From a virus (lineage: Duplodnaviria; Heunggongvirae; Uroviricota; Caudoviricetes): 28,108 nucleotides of DNA. The notes under the pieces were generated by a model. It was not told where the DNA came from and searched no databases. It saw only the letters and a list, made by a program, of their open reading frames with translations. The stretch's first letter is position 1. Every line of letters begins with the position of its first letter. Shown here one piece after another: positions 1 through 7,793 of this stretch. The stretch lies in IMG/VR virus record IMGVR_UViG_2534682170_000012; one strand, written 5' to 3'. A program made the translations under genes and the position numbers.

Positions 1-1002
1 TTACCCTCTATTGTCAAAAGGGTTTAATTCAACAGCAGCCTCTAAATGACCCGGAGCAAAATGCGCATAACGCATAGTCATTTTTATATCGCTATGCCCC
101 AGTATTTTTTGCAACACAAGAATATTTCCGCCCCGCATCATAAAATGACTAGCAAACGTGTGACGTAGCACATGAGTTAATTGCCCATCAGGGAGCTCTA
201 TCTTCGCTCTCTTAATTGCAGCGTCAAAAGCCTCATAACATGGTGAAAATAGCGCTCCTCGTTTTTTAGGAAGCATAGCCTGCAATTGAGGTGAAATCGG
301 TACAGTGCGGTTCTTCTTTCCTTTAGTTTTAACAAATGTGATTCGACCGGGCAGTACTTGAGATTGCTTTAATCCTTCTGCTTCACTCCACCGAGCACCA
401 GTCGCAAGCCCAATACGGACAACAACCCCCAAATCTTTATTCCGTGACTCATCACACGCAATCAAAAGGCGTTCAATCTCATCTACATACAGAAACGCCA
501 GCTCCTTTTCTTCCTCACGAAACTTGCGAATTCCAGTCAGGGGGTTTTCACCAGACCACTCCCCAAGGCGCTTCAGTTCGGCAAAAACAGCATGTAGATA
601 TGACTGCTCGCGATTAACGGTTGCTTCACTAAGTTTTTTCTTCCCCTTGGGATTCCATTCTCCTGATAGCCTTCTTTCCCGATAAGTAGCAAACATATTT
701 TTGTCAAACTGAGAAGCAAATGGATCTCCCAGCCTAGAACAAATCGCCTCAAGTTTGACTTTGCGCTCTGCACCAGAGGACAAGGTTTTGCCGTACATCT
801 CAAACCAACGAGCAATCAACTCAGAAAGACGAGGACCAGAACCATCTTGAAACTCGTCTCCAACTCTACTATTCATTAAACGGCGCTCATAAGAGAGCGC
901 CTCACTTTTTGTCGCAAACTGTTTACGAATGCGTTTTCCCGATGCTCCGTAGGGATAACATTCGCAAAGCCATTTACCTGATGGAATCTTACGAACCGAC
1001 AT
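1..1002 (-). CDS. int: Tyrosine site-specific integrase, P2/186 family
   Basis: 333 aa ORF with stop codon at positions 1-3. C-terminal catalytic region HVLRHTFASHFMMRGGNILVLQKILGHSDIKMTMRYAHF is typical of tyrosine recombinases (R..H..R..Y). N-terminus resembles P2-type integrases. Confidence 0.9.
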   Translation of the reverse strand: MSVRKIPSGKWLCECYPYGASGKRIRKQFATKSEALSYERRLMNSRVGDEFQDGSGPRLSELIARWFEMYGKTLSSGAERKVKLEAICSRLGDPFASQFDKNMFATYRERRLSGEWNPKGKKKLSEATVNREQSYLHAVFAELKRLGEWSGENPLTGIRKFREEEKELAFLYVDEIERLLIACDESRNKDLGVVVRIGLATGARWSEAEGLKQSQVLPGRITFVKTKGKKNRTVPISPQLQAMLPKKRGALFSPCYEAFDAAIKRAKIELPDGQLTHVLRHTFASHFMMRGGNILVLQKILGHSDIKMTMRYAHFAPGHLEAAVELNPFDNRG

Positions 1003-1007
1003 TTTTG

Positions 1008-1355
1008 TTACTTATCACATAAATCAAATGCAGCCTTAGTGACGTCCCCCAGATTCTTTTTTAACCCAGGGGCGGCATCATTATCTAGCCAAAATGGATT
1101 ATTGTTATCTAACGGTAACGCACCAAATGTTTTACCTTTTATTCGAGCCAAACCTGTAAGCGCATATAACTTATTATCGTCAAAATTCATCACATAAGGA
1201 TTACCATCAAGACACTGCAATTGAACCTCATCTGTATTAAATGGCCATACTCCATTGAAACTCTCACGTTCAATAGTTTTAAAAGGCATTGCGACGGCGG
1301 AAAAAGAAAACATAGATAAAAAAGCAACTAATAGTTGAACCTTTTTTACTTTCAT
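1008..1355 (-). CDS. Small secreted protein of unknown function (signal peptide, two Cys), lysogeny-operon cargo
   Basis: 115 aa; N-terminal MKVKKVQLLVAFLSMFSFSAVA looks like a Sec signal peptide. Sits between the repressor-side genes and int, 5 nt from the int start. Function unknown. Confidence 0.5.
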   Translation of the reverse strand: MKVKKVQLLVAFLSMFSFSAVAMPFKTIERESFNGVWPFNTDEVQLQCLDGNPYVMNFDDNKLYALTGLARIKGKTFGALPLDNNNPFWLDNDAAPGLKKNLGDVTKAAFDLCDK

Positions 1356-1384
1356 GTCATTGCCTCAATTTAGCTCAAGTAAGA

Positions 1385-2035
1385 TTACAAATTAAAAAAC
1401 ATCCTAGAAATGGCTCCGCCTACCAAAACCCCTACGCAGATAAAGAATATTATTTCTTTTGGATAAAATCGGATTAATTCTGAAGCACGAAGGCGGACTT
1501 CTGGTAAGGTCGAATTCTCTGTGTGGCTTGATACCGATTGTTGCTCTAACCACGACAATGCAGACTGTAACTGAGAACGAGTAAGATCGTTTAAACGTCC
1601 TGTACCGAAATTGATATGGCAATACCGCAGAAGTTTTTGTCGAAGTCCACAGTCTTCACTGTTACGTAATAATAAACTTACAAGAGTCTTACAGGCATCA
1701 TGATCTTTACATCGCTCAAGCATTGCATGCAGAAAACTCTCCGCTGTTTTATATTGATTTATTGTCATATCATCAATACCAGCTACACCAATCTCCGCAT
1801 GTACTTTTTGCCAAATAATAAACGCTTCAGTATTGCTAGCTTCTGCAATAGCAGCAACCAAGCTATTTAGCTCCTTACGCTGTGCCTTAAGCAAAGGGCG
1901 AGCGTCATCATCATTATTCGAAGGGATTGCGATATTGACGGTATGAGAACCATCATATCGCTCTATCTGAATATTCTTTTCGTGAAAATCACGCCCAGCA
2001 ACGCGATTGTTTGAACCGTTTGAGTTGACGGCCAT
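1385..2035 (-). CDS. C-terminally membrane-anchored protein of unknown function, lysogeny-operon cargo
   Basis: 216 aa; the only hydrophobic stretch is at the extreme C-terminus (IIFFICVGVLVGGAI). GGAGGGG RBS upstream of the ATG. N-terminal NNRVAGRDFHE motif repeats the repressor C-terminus. Confidence 0.5.
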   Translation of the reverse strand: MAVNSNGSNNRVAGRDFHEKNIQIERYDGSHTVNIAIPSNNDDDARPLLKAQRKELNSLVAAIAEASNTEAFIIWQKVHAEIGVAGIDDMTINQYKTAESFLHAMLERCKDHDACKTLVSLLLRNSEDCGLRQKLLRYCHINFGTGRLNDLTRSQLQSALSWLEQQSVSSHTENSTLPEVRLRASELIRFYPKEIIFFICVGVLVGGAISRMFFNL

Positions 2036-2050
2036 GTCCCCTCCCTACTA

Positions 2051-2455
2051 TCACCTACCCTTAGTTTCGTTATAGTCACGACCAGCGATACGGTTATTAC
2101 CACCAGAAATATTTAACTCACGCCCTGATGGCTGAGTTTCCTTTTCACTGCCCGCACTTTTTAAAGCCCCGATCACCGCGTTTTTTACATCTAACGAAGC
2201 TGCTCGAAAGCGAGTAATCAACTCCTGCTCATCATCGTTATAAGTTTCAGGTGAGTGAATTCCCAACACAACATACTGAACATCAAGGCCAAAACGAGAC
2301 AGCGCTGCCAAATACGCAGCATCAGGAAAGCTATCTCCTTTCTCATATCTAAGCTGAGTTAGCTTTTTGACTCCACCAATTTCGCTCATAGCAACTTGAC
2401 TAAGCCCCAATCTTTCCCTTTCCTCACGCAACCGCTGACCAATATCATTTTTCAT
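2051..2455 (-). CDS. HTH (XRE-type) transcriptional repressor, candidate immunity repressor (P2 C / 186 CI functional analogue)
   Basis: 134 aa; N-terminal IGQRLREERERLGLSQVAMSEIGGVKKLTQLRYEKG fits an XRE helix-turn-helix. First gene of the leftward operon that ends with int, divergent from the early operon. Confidence 0.7.
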   Translation of the reverse strand: MKNDIGQRLREERERLGLSQVAMSEIGGVKKLTQLRYEKGDSFPDAAYLAALSRFGLDVQYVVLGIHSPETYNDDEQELITRFRAASLDVKNAVIGALKSAGSEKETQPSGRELNISGGNNRIAGRDYNETKGR

Positions 2456-2464
2456 ACAAAAACC

Positions 2465-2493
2465 TTGACAGGTATCTTTTTTGATACCAAAAT
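2465..2493 (+). promoter_or_regulatory. Candidate rightward early promoter with operator palindrome (lysis-lysogeny switch region)
   Basis: TTGACA at 2465-2470, a 17-bp spacer, then CAAAAT at 2488-2493. A perfect inverted repeat GGTATC-N6-GATACC at 2471-2488 fills the spacer. Lies in the 75-bp divergent intergenic region. Confidence 0.35.
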
Positions 2494-2530
2494 GATTTCA
2501 CGAGCTATTAGATGATCACAATATACCACT

Positions 2531-2737
2531 ATGAAACAAGTTCTTCACGATACCAGATCCCGCATTCCGCGTAACACCGCCACAGGTCCAAGACTGGCAC
2601 TTCGGCTGTCCCTCGAAGAGCGAGCCGTCATTGATGAAATGGCAGCTAAAGAACAACGCTCATCCTCTAACATGGCGCGCATGATCTTCCTTCGCGGCCT
2701 AGAGCTAACCCAGAAAGAACAAAACAAATCTTCCTGA
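2531..2737 (+). CDS. Small ribbon-helix-helix-like early regulator (possible Cox/Apl analogue)
   Basis: 68 aa; LALRLSLEERAVIDEMAAKEQRSSSNMARMIFLRGL has a beta-strand then two helices, as in Arc/MetJ/CopG proteins. First gene of the rightward operon. Confidence 0.4.
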   Translation: MKQVLHDTRSRIPRNTATGPRLALRLSLEERAVIDEMAAKEQRSSSNMARMIFLRGLELTQKEQNKSS

Positions 2738-2753
2738 TCAGGAGGCTAGTGGG

Positions 2754-2957
2754 ATGTCAGGTATAACCATCAATATCAATGTGAATGCCCCCTATGTATC
2801 CCTGCAGAAATATGCAGAGATAACAGGTATCCCTCTTAATACATGCAAAAAGATGTTGGCTGACGGTCGAATTATTATCCGCCCCAAACGTGCCAAAATG
2901 GAAAAGCCTGAAGTAAACCTTGTGGCGATGTTAAAAGACGCTTTGGCTAACAGCTAA
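2754..2957 (+). CDS. Small putative DNA-binding protein (excisionase/HTH-like)
   Basis: 67 aa; VSLQKYAEITGIPLNTCKKMLADGRI resembles excisionase/AlpA-type HTH; GGAGG RBS upstream. Confidence 0.35.
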   Translation: MSGITININVNAPYVSLQKYAEITGIPLNTCKKMLADGRIIIRPKRAKMEKPEVNLVAMLKDALANS

Positions 2958-2978
2958 AACAATGAACAGAGCATCATC

Positions 2979-3329
2979 ATGAAAAAACACGCTAATAATC
3001 CATACTCCAAATTTCGTAATGGCGTAGAACGCCATATACACCACGTCGCTACCAGTGCATCACGTAGTAACAATCGCTATAACCTGAACGAGACGCACGC
3101 AACACCAGATGGGCACGCTGTAAAACAAATCGGCGAACACACCTGGCTGATTGAGAAAGCTGGAATAGTGGTTCACAGATGCTCACGCAATCCGTTTACC
3201 GGAAACCGCATTTTTGCATTAAGCAACGGCGATAATCAGTTCGGGCAGGATTTTACATTGTACGAAGCACTGCGCACAGTCGATCGTTTGCTTCGCGGGC
3301 AAAGTTTTATTAAACAGGCTGATTTATAA
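2979..3329 (+). CDS. Hypothetical early protein
   Basis: 116 aa ORF in the early operon, tightly spaced with neighbours; no motif recognised. Confidence 0.4.
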   Translation: MKKHANNPYSKFRNGVERHIHHVATSASRSNNRYNLNETHATPDGHAVKQIGEHTWLIEKAGIVVHRCSRNPFTGNRIFALSNGDNQFGQDFTLYEALRTVDRLLRGQSFIKQADL

Positions 3330-3339
3330 CAGGTGCTTT

Positions 3340-3618
3340 ATGACTAAAGACCATGCACAAGGTGTATTTATCCGCTTTATTGATTTTCGCGGTGAACTGT
3401 TATTACGCGCATCAGCTATTGACGGAGTAGTTCCATCTGAAAAAAATGCAGCTACCTACGTTTATCTGAACGGTACGCGCCTGACAGTAGAACTTCCGTA
3501 CCAGACCGTTCGCGAAATAATTAACGAAGCTGAAAAAGCTCGTCAGGTTAATGGCGATGAACCCTATATCGAAATTATCTGCATGGATTCAGAAGCTGAA
3601 ATTCAGAAAGCAGATTAA
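3340..3618 (+). CDS. Hypothetical early protein
   Basis: 92 aa ORF in the early operon; no motif recognised. Confidence 0.4.
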   Translation: MTKDHAQGVFIRFIDFRGELLLRASAIDGVVPSEKNAATYVYLNGTRLTVELPYQTVREIINEAEKARQVNGDEPYIEIICMDSEAEIQKAD

Positions 3619-3629
3619 AGGGCGTTGCG

Positions 3630-3872
3630 ATGGGCAAAGAATATAAGACTCTCATAAACAAAGCACTTGAGCGTTTTTATTTTCGCTTAAGTGCATCAGG
3701 TACTCATGCTGAACGTGCAGCCCGTGACTCATTAACCAGGGCAATCCGGAGTCTGTATGACGTGGCTTTTTACGCTGATGATCTGGATGCACTTAACGAA
3801 CTTTCCGAGCTGATCTGTGCCGCAGAATGCGGGGAGCATATTGAACCGTATAAGCTGGGGAATATTGCATGA
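3630..3872 (+). CDS. Hypothetical early protein
   Basis: 80 aa ORF in the early operon. Confidence 0.4.
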   Translation: MGKEYKTLINKALERFYFRLSASGTHAERAARDSLTRAIRSLYDVAFYADDLDALNELSELICAAECGEHIEPYKLGNIA

Positions 3873-3982
3873 GTATATTTATCTCATGGCTTGTTCTGAT
3901 TATTTCGGTGGTCTGCGCCATTGGGATTATGCGAATTATTCGTTCAGTAAAAAAGATTGACCGCTTTTTCACTGGCGAATAA
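3869..3982 (+). CDS. Unannotated 37-codon small hydrophobic peptide (putative single-pass membrane peptide)
   Basis: Read by hand: ATG at 3869 overlaps the upstream stop (ATGA); translation MSIFISWLVLIISVVCAIGIMRIIRSVKKIDRFFTGE, stop at 3980-3982. Too short for the ORF track. Confidence 0.35.
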   Translation: MSIFISWLVLIISVVCAIGIMRIIRSVKKIDRFFTGE

Positions 3983-4069
3983 CAGCGCAAATAAAAACCC
4001 TAGGTTAAATAAGAAAATGTAAAAACAATCCGCATTCGCGGAGGTATTCGCACACGCCCAGGAGGTGTA

Positions 4070-4273
4070 ATGGCAATTAAGCATTTTCCTGTCGTTCGTT
4101 TCACTTCCAGAGGACGTGAATACGAAGTCGACGAACGCCTGATTACCACAATCGACAAACACCGCTCAGAAAAGGATGCACACCACATCTATCTCACTGA
4201 CGGTACTTACTTCTGCGCCACTAATGTGGTGCGGGTGAATCTTATCCGACAGGTACAGGATCCACGCAAATGA
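4070..4273 (+). CDS. Hypothetical early protein
   Basis: 67 aa ORF; AGGAGG RBS upstream; stop overlaps the next start. Confidence 0.4.
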   Translation: MAIKHFPVVRFTSRGREYEVDERLITTIDKHRSEKDAHHIYLTDGTYFCATNVVRVNLIRQVQDPRK

Positions 4274-4488
4274 GCAGGAGAAGAATCACTCGCAAACATC
4301 ACCGCACACACCTGAATTCCTCAGCAACGCTAAAGGCACTTATTAAAAGCGAGATCGGTGATTTCTTCGCGGGAGTTGGCTCGCCAGGTGAACCAGAAAC
4401 ACCAGAAGCGATACAGCGTGAGCTCATGATACGCATAGATAGCACTTTTGATTTCTTCTACAGCATGCACGGAATTAAACAGAAATGA
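4270..4488 (+). CDS. Hypothetical early protein
   Basis: 72 aa ORF, translationally coupled to the upstream gene by an ATGA overlap. Confidence 0.4.
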   Translation: MSRRRITRKHHRTHLNSSATLKALIKSEIGDFFAGVGSPGEPETPEAIQRELMIRIDSTFDFFYSMHGIKQK

Positions 4489-4596
4489 ACCTCAAGCCAG
4501 CAATAACTACTCGTAGAACGCCAATTCCTGTAACCGACCGCTTCTGAGTTTTTTGGCAGGAAGCCTTCGCACATCCTTAGTAGAGAGAATTGCAGC

Positions 4597-4986
4597 ATGA
4601 TTGACGCTCATGACTTCACAAGATGGGTGCGCACACAGGACACCCGTCTGGCTCCCGTTCTTCAGGGATTATTTGATCTCTACATCCGTAGTCGTGACAA
4701 CAGAGCACGCACTACAAAACCGGAGAATGCAGACACCCTTTATTTCACAGTAGACGACTGCTACCGCGTGGACTTAACACCACACGGGCTGGCGTTGCGC
4801 TGCCTGACACCGCATGGCGAATCACTGCTGGCGTATTACGACTCCCCGACCTCCGTATTTGCGGCAATGCTGGCGCATCACACTGCTGGCGGGTGTGCCT
4901 CGCTGAGTGAATACACCGCTGAATTTAACCGCCTTTCCACCCTCTTCTCGCAGGAGTGGCAGCGCGTGACGGGATACCAGCCATGA
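4597..4986 (+). CDS. Hypothetical early protein immediately upstream of, and coupled to, the replication gene
   Basis: 129 aa ORF; its stop overlaps the gpA start (ATGA at 4983-4986). Confidence 0.45.
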   Translation: MIDAHDFTRWVRTQDTRLAPVLQGLFDLYIRSRDNRARTTKPENADTLYFTVDDCYRVDLTPHGLALRCLTPHGESLLAYYDSPTSVFAAMLAHHTAGGCASLSEYTAEFNRLSTLFSQEWQRVTGYQP

Positions 4987-7748
4987 GTGAGTTTGCATGG
5001 AGCTGGAATGAACCACGGCCAGCCATTGATCCGGACAGATTTACGGAGCGCAGGCAGGAAACTGAAACCGAGCTGCAACGCGCCATCCGTTACTACCTTG
5101 AGGCGGACAAAAAGGCCCGTAAAGAACAGGAAGCGAAGGAGGAAGCCTTTTTCGCACAATCCACCGTGGGTAAAAAACTCATGGCATCCCTTGAGGAAGC
5201 CGGACAGCGTGAAAAGCTGGCACAAAGCATCATCAGCAAGCGTCAGGCAACAGAACAAGACCCGGTGGCCCGTGCTTTTGCCACACTGAAGGTGCTTCCC
5301 GTTTATCTGCGTGAACCTCTGAGCCGCCACCTCTCTTTCCTGCGCAAAAAACAGGAATCCGATCGTCAGAAAGGCAAAAAGAGCTGGCAGGCTGAACGCT
5401 ACGCGCGCGGAACCCTGCGCAAAATATTCGTACGTCTGGACCGCACCGACAGCCGTTGGCTGACACCGGGTTATCGGTCCCTTGCCGGACGTGAACGCCT
5501 GGACGATTTGCTTTCCCTGCCGCAACTCAACAAACACCAGATACAGACGCTGGCCACCATGACGGCGGCGATGTTCAGCAGCACCTTCGAAAAACTCTGC
5601 GATGGTTTTGGCGCGACCGATGGCGAGCTGACCATGGATGTAACGCTGAAGGCGTATCAGATGCTGGCCCGCATGGCGTTACACTTGCACGCCATGCCTC
5701 CGCATTATGACGCACTGACAACAGACAAAGACCGGAGGAACGAACCGGACACAGAACTGCTGCCGGGCGCAATCCTTCGCCTGACCTGTGCGGAATGGTG
5801 GAAACGCAAACTGTGGCTGTTACGTTGCGAGTGGAGAGAAGAACAACTCCGCGCCGCCTGTCTGGTTTCCAGAAAAACATCGCCCTATTTGAGCCAGGAC
5901 GCGTTAAGCGAGTTTCGCGCACAGCGCGAGAAAACACGCGATTTCCTGAAAAGTTTCATGCTGGAAAACGAAGACGGGTTCACGATTGATCTCGAGACGG
6001 TGTATTACGCGGGAGTAAGTAACCCGGTTCACCGTAAGGCAGAAATGATGGCCACCATGAAGGGGCTGGAACTTCTGGCCGAAGCCCGTGGCGACAAAGC
6101 GGTGTTTCTGACTGTCACCTGCCCGTCAAAATACCACGCCACAACAGAGAACGGTCATCCGAATCCCAAATGGAACGGGGCCACCATGCGCGACTCCAGC
6201 GATTACCTGGTTAACACGTTTTTTGCGGCGGTCCGCAAAAAACTGAACCGCGACGGTCTTCGCTGGTATGGCATCCGCACGGTGGAGCCTCACCATGACG
6301 GCACCGTGCACTGGCATATGATGGTCTTTGCTCATCCGGAAGAAATCGACAGCATCGTGGCCATCACCCGCGATATTGCCATTCAGGAAGACCGCCACGA
6401 GCTGGGCAATGATATTACTCCGCGCTTTAAGGCGGAGTATGTCGACGGCTCAAAAGGCACACCAACCAGCTATATCGCGACCTACATCGGAAAGAACCTG
6501 GACAGCCGCGCCGTGGATGGCATCGACCCGAAAACGGGCAAGCCACGCGTTGACCACGAAACCGGAAAATCAATGGCCGAGAGTGTGGAGCGCGCCATCG
6601 GCTGGGCGCGCCTTCATCGGGTCCGCCAGTTCCAGTTCTTTGGCATCCCCTCCCGTCAGGTGTGGCGTGAACTGCGCCGCCTTGCCAGCCAGATGGCACG
6701 CAACCCGGAAGGCCCGCAACGACTGAAAGATGACGCAATGGATGCGGTACTCGCTGCCGCCGATGCCGGGTGTTTTGCCACCTACATTGAAAAACAGGGC
6801 GGCGTACTTGTTCCACGCAAAGACTACCTGATTCGCACCGCCTACGACCTCGCAGATGAGCTGAATGATTACGGCGAACAGAGCGTACAGATTTACGGGA
6901 TCTGGTCACCACTCATCGGGGAATCCTCCCGTGTGTGCACGCATCCGGATAACTGGAAACTGGTAAGACGTAAACCGGAAACGGAAGACAGCGCCCGCGA
7001 AAATGGTTTTGACCTTCAGGGCGGCCCTGCCGCCCCTTGGACTCGTGGCAATAACTGTCCCCGTGTACAGGAAACGGACAACAACGGGACAGAACAGCCG
7101 GAAGAACGGCCAGCACCGTGGCCGCGGCTTCCTGAAGGCGTTGACGTGAATGAATGGATGCGCTCACTGAAACGGCACGAACGCCGGGCACTGATGCGTT
7201 CGCTGCGTGACAAACAGGCAAAAAACAGCAGTGATGAAATGCAGAACTGGACACAGAGCCGCAAACAGCCACAGCCTTTGCCTGATAACCACGAGTTACT
7301 CGCTAAAGAATGGCGGGAGTCTGCTGAATCTCTCGGCCTGCATATCGGTGAACAGCAGATGCAGCACCTGTTACGAGGCGGCAGTCTGTACGTTGGCGGC
7401 AGCATCATTGCACCGCAGGGATTTGAAATTGTACGCAAACAGGATACCCGCCCGGACAGCCGAATCACGCAGCTCTGGCAACGCCTGAGTCGTAATCACG
7501 GCGTAAGCAGCACGGAGATCCGCCATAACCCGGTCGCCAGCTATCTGGAACAACTAGAGGCATCAGACCCTGAAGCCGCCGCACGCCTGGCATCCACACT
7601 TCAGCAAGACCAGAACACCATGAAAACACCCGTTACCGTACTTTCTGACATGCTGCGCGCCATCCGCGACGCAGAGCACGCACAGAGAATCAGTGAAACC
7701 ACTAAACATGCTCGCAAAAAAATCAGTTTATTGCATCGAACACGATAG
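4983..7748 (+). CDS. A: Rolling-circle replication initiation endonuclease, P2 gpA family
   Basis: VEPHHDGTVHWHMMVF (HUH-type motif) and paired tyrosines YIATYIGKN (Tyr codons at 6471-6473 and 6483-6485) match the remembered P2 gpA active region. Start taken as the ATG at 4983 rather than the ORF-track start at 4956. Confidence 0.88.
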   Translation: MSEFAWSWNEPRPAIDPDRFTERRQETETELQRAIRYYLEADKKARKEQEAKEEAFFAQSTVGKKLMASLEEAGQREKLAQSIISKRQATEQDPVARAFATLKVLPVYLREPLSRHLSFLRKKQESDRQKGKKSWQAERYARGTLRKIFVRLDRTDSRWLTPGYRSLAGRERLDDLLSLPQLNKHQIQTLATMTAAMFSSTFEKLCDGFGATDGELTMDVTLKAYQMLARMALHLHAMPPHYDALTTDKDRRNEPDTELLPGAILRLTCAEWWKRKLWLLRCEWREEQLRAACLVSRKTSPYLSQDALSEFRAQREKTRDFLKSFMLENEDGFTIDLETVYYAGVSNPVHRKAEMMATMKGLELLAEARGDKAVFLTVTCPSKYHATTENGHPNPKWNGATMRDSSDYLVNTFFAAVRKKLNRDGLRWYGIRTVEPHHDGTVHWHMMVFAHPEEIDSIVAITRDIAIQEDRHELGNDITPRFKAEYVDGSKGTPTSYIATYIGKNLDSRAVDGIDPKTGKPRVDHETGKSMAESVERAIGWARLHRVRQFQFFGIPSRQVWRELRRLASQMARNPEGPQRLKDDAMDAVLAAADAGCFATYIEKQGGVLVPRKDYLIRTAYDLADELNDYGEQSVQIYGIWSPLIGESSRVCTHPDNWKLVRRKPETEDSARENGFDLQGGPAAPWTRGNNCPRVQETDNNGTEQPEERPAPWPRLPEGVDVNEWMRSLKRHERRALMRSLRDKQAKNSSDEMQNWTQSRKQPQPLPDNHELLAKEWRESAESLGLHIGEQQMQHLLRGGSLYVGGSIIAPQGFEIVRKQDTRPDSRITQLWQRLSRNHGVSSTEIRHNPVASYLEQLEASDPEAAARLASTLQQDQNTMKTPVTVLSDMLRAIRDAEHAQRISETTKHARKKISLLHRTR

Positions 7749-7793
7749 AAATATAGAGCTAAGGCCGCCCTAGGAATAAGGAGGCCTTGAAAA

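Noticed and set aside
4878-7553. Numerous antisense or alternative-frame ORFs inside gpA (for example 4878-5537, 5575-5937, 6126-6398, 6427-6912, 6913-7272, 7016-7468 on the minus strand; 6328-6726 and 7207-7488 on the plus strand)
   Set aside because: They lie entirely within the well-supported gpA frame and have Arg/Cys/Ser-rich low-complexity translations typical of open frames in GC-rich DNA; no RBS context.
7749-7793. Possible terminator hairpin (AAGGCC...GGCCTT) between gpA and cargo gene 3
   Set aside because: Short stem with a large loop and no clear U-tract; too weak to call.
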